Shown piece after piece: positions 61,401 through 64,000 of a DNA stretch of 64,000 nt. The notes under the pieces were generated by a model. That model worked only from the letters and a program-made list of their open reading frames with translations, did no database searches and had not been told where the DNA came from. How positions within the stretch are numbered: the stretch's first letter is position 1; every line of letters starts with the position of its first letter. Source of the stretch: Eutreptiella sp. 'Long Island Sound 2002' (Eukaryota; Protista; Euglenida); contig OZ038378.1 of NCBI GenBank assembly GCA_964036045.1, positions 14,694,001-14,758,000 on the forward strand. The letters are read 5' to 3'. The position numbers and the translations under genes are program-made.

Positions 61401-62724
61401 TGGAACTCCCCCAAATGATGCAATTGCATTAATGCATTGGCGATATCTAGCGACAAGCTGGCAAGTAACGCCAAAGACGGCCGGAAGCGCAACACGTGGA
61501 TCAAATCCTCGAGCGTTGCGGGGCACAACTCAGTCGTGAAGTTGTCCCCGGACCCGGAGCCCATGATGCGTAAGAACTCCGGGTGAGTCAACCGAGGTAG
61601 TAGCTCCACGGTGCGGTCAAGTTTGGCGGCTTGGCGCTCATTAGTTGCGACCTATGCGGCGACATACAAGGTTTCGGTAACTTAAATATGATCACGCTGC
61701 CGGAGAGGTTCAACACTTCTAAGACTTGTGGTTTCAACACACACTTGAAATGGAGGGGGGCGTTCAGCATGCTCCCTCCTCCATTCTAGCTCCTTGCTTT
61801 CAACGGCTTAAAGCACCAAGCCACGACGGGGGACTCAACGAGATAAAGAATGGAAGTTGGGGGTCAAGAGACACAAGTGCAACAGTCCATACATGCATCA
61901 AAGTGATCAACAAAAGGTTGCAACAACGGCACCTAACTTGAAGATCCCCAAAGGATATGCGCAAACGACAACAGGGTGCGGGGGATCGGGTACCAAGTGG
62001 TGTGGGTTACCATGTGGCGTGGTACCGTGTCGCCAGACCTCAGTATGTACCGATTGCGATTCACATCTATCTACGCCGTGCCAAAAATATTGCCACAACC
62101 ATGCCATTGCTAACTGCAGCATCCCAAGCCGTCTGGCGGGAAACTCGGGAACCTTGATCGCACCATTCGTCCACATTGACTTCGACAACATATCGAAACA
62201 TGTAACCTTTTGGCACCCGGCGGTTGTTGATTGGAAGCTCAACGGGCTATCGTGTTCGCCGGAGGGAGCGTTGTATTTCGATTGGCTATCCGCCAAGCGT
62301 GAGCGGAGGAATTGGGCTCTCGGTCCCACGGTTTATACAAAGAATCGCGGAGTGTAGTTTTAAAATGTCTTGGTTGCCGATTGAGAGTTGGTGTGTGCAA
62401 CCGCGTGTCCGCATGCTCACACTTGGAAAAGGGATGGGAATCACCAAGACGAACCAAAGATCAAGGCAACCACCTCCTACTATCGCCACACTCCAGCTAG
62501 TGTTTTCAATTCACGCGTGTTTGGTACGAACAATACATCGACTATGCCTTGCACTTACAGTTCCTTGTTGCACGAGGCGCGTAGCATGGCAAGATCGGCA
62601 CGGCCCTTGTCCTTGAGGACCGAGCTCGAGCGACCGTTGGCGTTTAGCACTGACGACAATCCTTCCGAAAGGATAGACACGTCGAAACTGGGGGCGCGAT
62701 GTTGAGATCCACGCGAATGGCAGG
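58421..62724 (-). CDS. TKL-like protein kinase domain protein, probable pseudokinase (C-terminal 6 exons)
   Basis: Exons 62724-62559, 62285-62153, 61651-61349, 60415-60210, 59537-59458 and 58665-58421, phase-consistent. Spliced motifs: MWTNGAIK|V, LLPRLTHPEFLRIMG, LSLDIANALMQLH, FHGDVCPQNLFV, K|AGIFG, FVAPEVL, AADTYSLAATICELATG, LLKRC...RRPTLKQVVSEL. Confidence 0.85.
58683..58792. repeat. (GTTGTG)n hexanucleotide microsatellite in a kinase intron
   Basis: Seen directly. Confidence 0.95.
59036..59400. repeat. Degenerate (GTGCT/GTGTT/GTGCG)n pentanucleotide microsatellite in a kinase intron
   Basis: Seen directly. Same repeat family as 48021-48561 but in the opposite orientation. Confidence 0.95.
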
Positions 62725-62829
62725 CTAAGTGCGCAATTACCTTTCCGTTGAAATACCCGTGAAGGAGACCCCGTCCTTCGGCTCAATACATGTCAATTCA
62801 TTTTAGACTTCTCTTTTCACCCACCCCAC

Positions 62830-63970
62830 CGTCCCAATCTCCACTCCCCCGTGCGGTTCCAGGGGGTTCCGTAAATTGTGTGATGGTCCGCATACTCTGT
62901 AATGGCACTTGGACCAAAAAGTCGATGGGTGAAAGGGCCATATCTCCAAGTGCATACAACGTTTGTCATCGCAATTCCAATCAAGGGCAAAACATAATTT
63001 TGGAATTCAAACGATGGTTGTTGCACTCGTCCGGCTGATCCCTCGGACGGTTGCTACTAATTTTTGGTGGTTCGTGCATGGATACGGGTAATTCCTCCTA
63101 ATTCTTGGAGTTGATAGTTGGAGTTCCCTACTTGGATGATGTTAATGTCGAAGCAAAAGCTTTGTCTTTGTTGACTTTTGGGTGCGTTTGAGGAATGCTT
63201 TGATGCTAAGAAGTCGGTGGTTCGTCGCCCCATGCAACCAAGGCGAGGACATACATGTTGGGCAAGGAAGACGCCGTGGCTGAAGACTACACGCACTGGT
63301 CCACAAGAGGTTTTGTAGACTTCAATGCCTGTGGAAAGAGATGCAGAAGATTACAAGCATTCGGAGAATGCGACGGAAACGCCACTGTAATAGCACCTGA
63401 GTCAGAGATGGACCACATCGCAATATGGTCAAATTGTCTGTCGGCGAAACTTGGCACGTGCGCCACGGCTCTGGCATTCACCAGGTGGAGGAGGTACCCA
63501 ATGGACGCAATGGAGGATCCAGTGTCGGATACACCCAATGTAGCAAGAATTCAAAACATTCGATTCGCAACAGAATTGTTGGCTTTCACCTTCACTTTTT
63601 CCACTGCAGATTGGCAATGATGGGCACACCAGAGCGTTCCCCGAGCAGCAGGAGAATCAGTGGAGATAGGTATTTTGCCAGGGTTTGTGGTTTCTGCGCC
63701 GTTTGAGTGCCAAATTGTCGGACAATGATCGCTTACATCTGCCCTCCTACATCTTTCAGGTTTATACCGTGCAAGGTGAGGAAAACTCTTTTCCAGACAG
63801 CGGACACAGATGGAGCAAAAGGTGTGGGTGCACGTCGGAAGAGAGCACAGGGGCCCGCTGCAATGTGTTTCGTCATCTGGAATGTGCTTGTTGCTCCTCC
63901 ACTTAGGTGACTCAAAGGAGTTGTTTAACCAAATGCTGCGAACTGAGCTCTTCGGTGAAAATGGGGACAC
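62830..63970 (-). CDS. Probable upstream exons of the kinase-like gene (unresolved; gene may extend beyond the window)
   Basis: The phase-1 acceptor at 62725 needs an upstream exon. Candidates are GACG|GTGGGG (~62835), the strong acceptor TCTCTTTCCACAG| (~63330) and long open frames 63970-63551 and 63538-63287. Confidence 0.4.
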
Positions 63971-64000
63971 CGTGTTTTCTTATGGCGCTCCACCAAGTTT

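Noticed and set aside
47488-62724. Euglenid nonconventional (non GT-AG) introns in the main genes
   Set aside because: All junctions in SANBR and the kinase are explained by GT-AG or GC-AG, so none needs a nonconventional intron.
47488-63970. Possible TGA-to-Trp reassignment of the genetic code
   Set aside because: Conserved Trp positions in SANBR and the kinase use TGG, and both genes appear to end at TGA. One in-frame TGA in an unresolved region is insufficient.

Overview
Eukaryotic, intron-rich, transposon-littered nuclear DNA. No prokaryotic operons, CRISPR arrays, rRNA or tRNA genes were seen. A euglenid origin is inferred from a spliced-leader-like 25-mer, very tight same-strand gene spacing and GC3-rich exons between G/C-run-rich introns. 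All splice models were assembled by hand from splice dinucleotides and reading-phase consistency. Well supported: (1) a 5-exon SANBR/KIAA1841 homolog (minus strand, 58265-47488, 716 aa); (2) directly upstream on the same strand, a multi-exon TKL-like probable pseudokinase (DFG changed to IFG, one GC-AG intron) whose stop lies only 155 bp from the SANBR ATG; (3) a coiled-coil protein gene (exons 38049-34993, probably continuing to about 29 kb). Less certain: a multi-exon gene at about 16.3-11.1 kb with an HTH-like segment. The rest is mobile-element debris: two decayed LINE reverse transcriptases, a Sola-like transposase fragment ending in a Cys-rich finger, a fold-back element, a 219-bp direct-repeat pair, MITE-like inserts and microsatellite-filled introns. 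No single clearly new system could be proven. The best leads are the pseudokinase-SANBR operon-like junction with a dual-frame exon, the genomic spliced-leader relic, and the intron-containing transposon-like genes.
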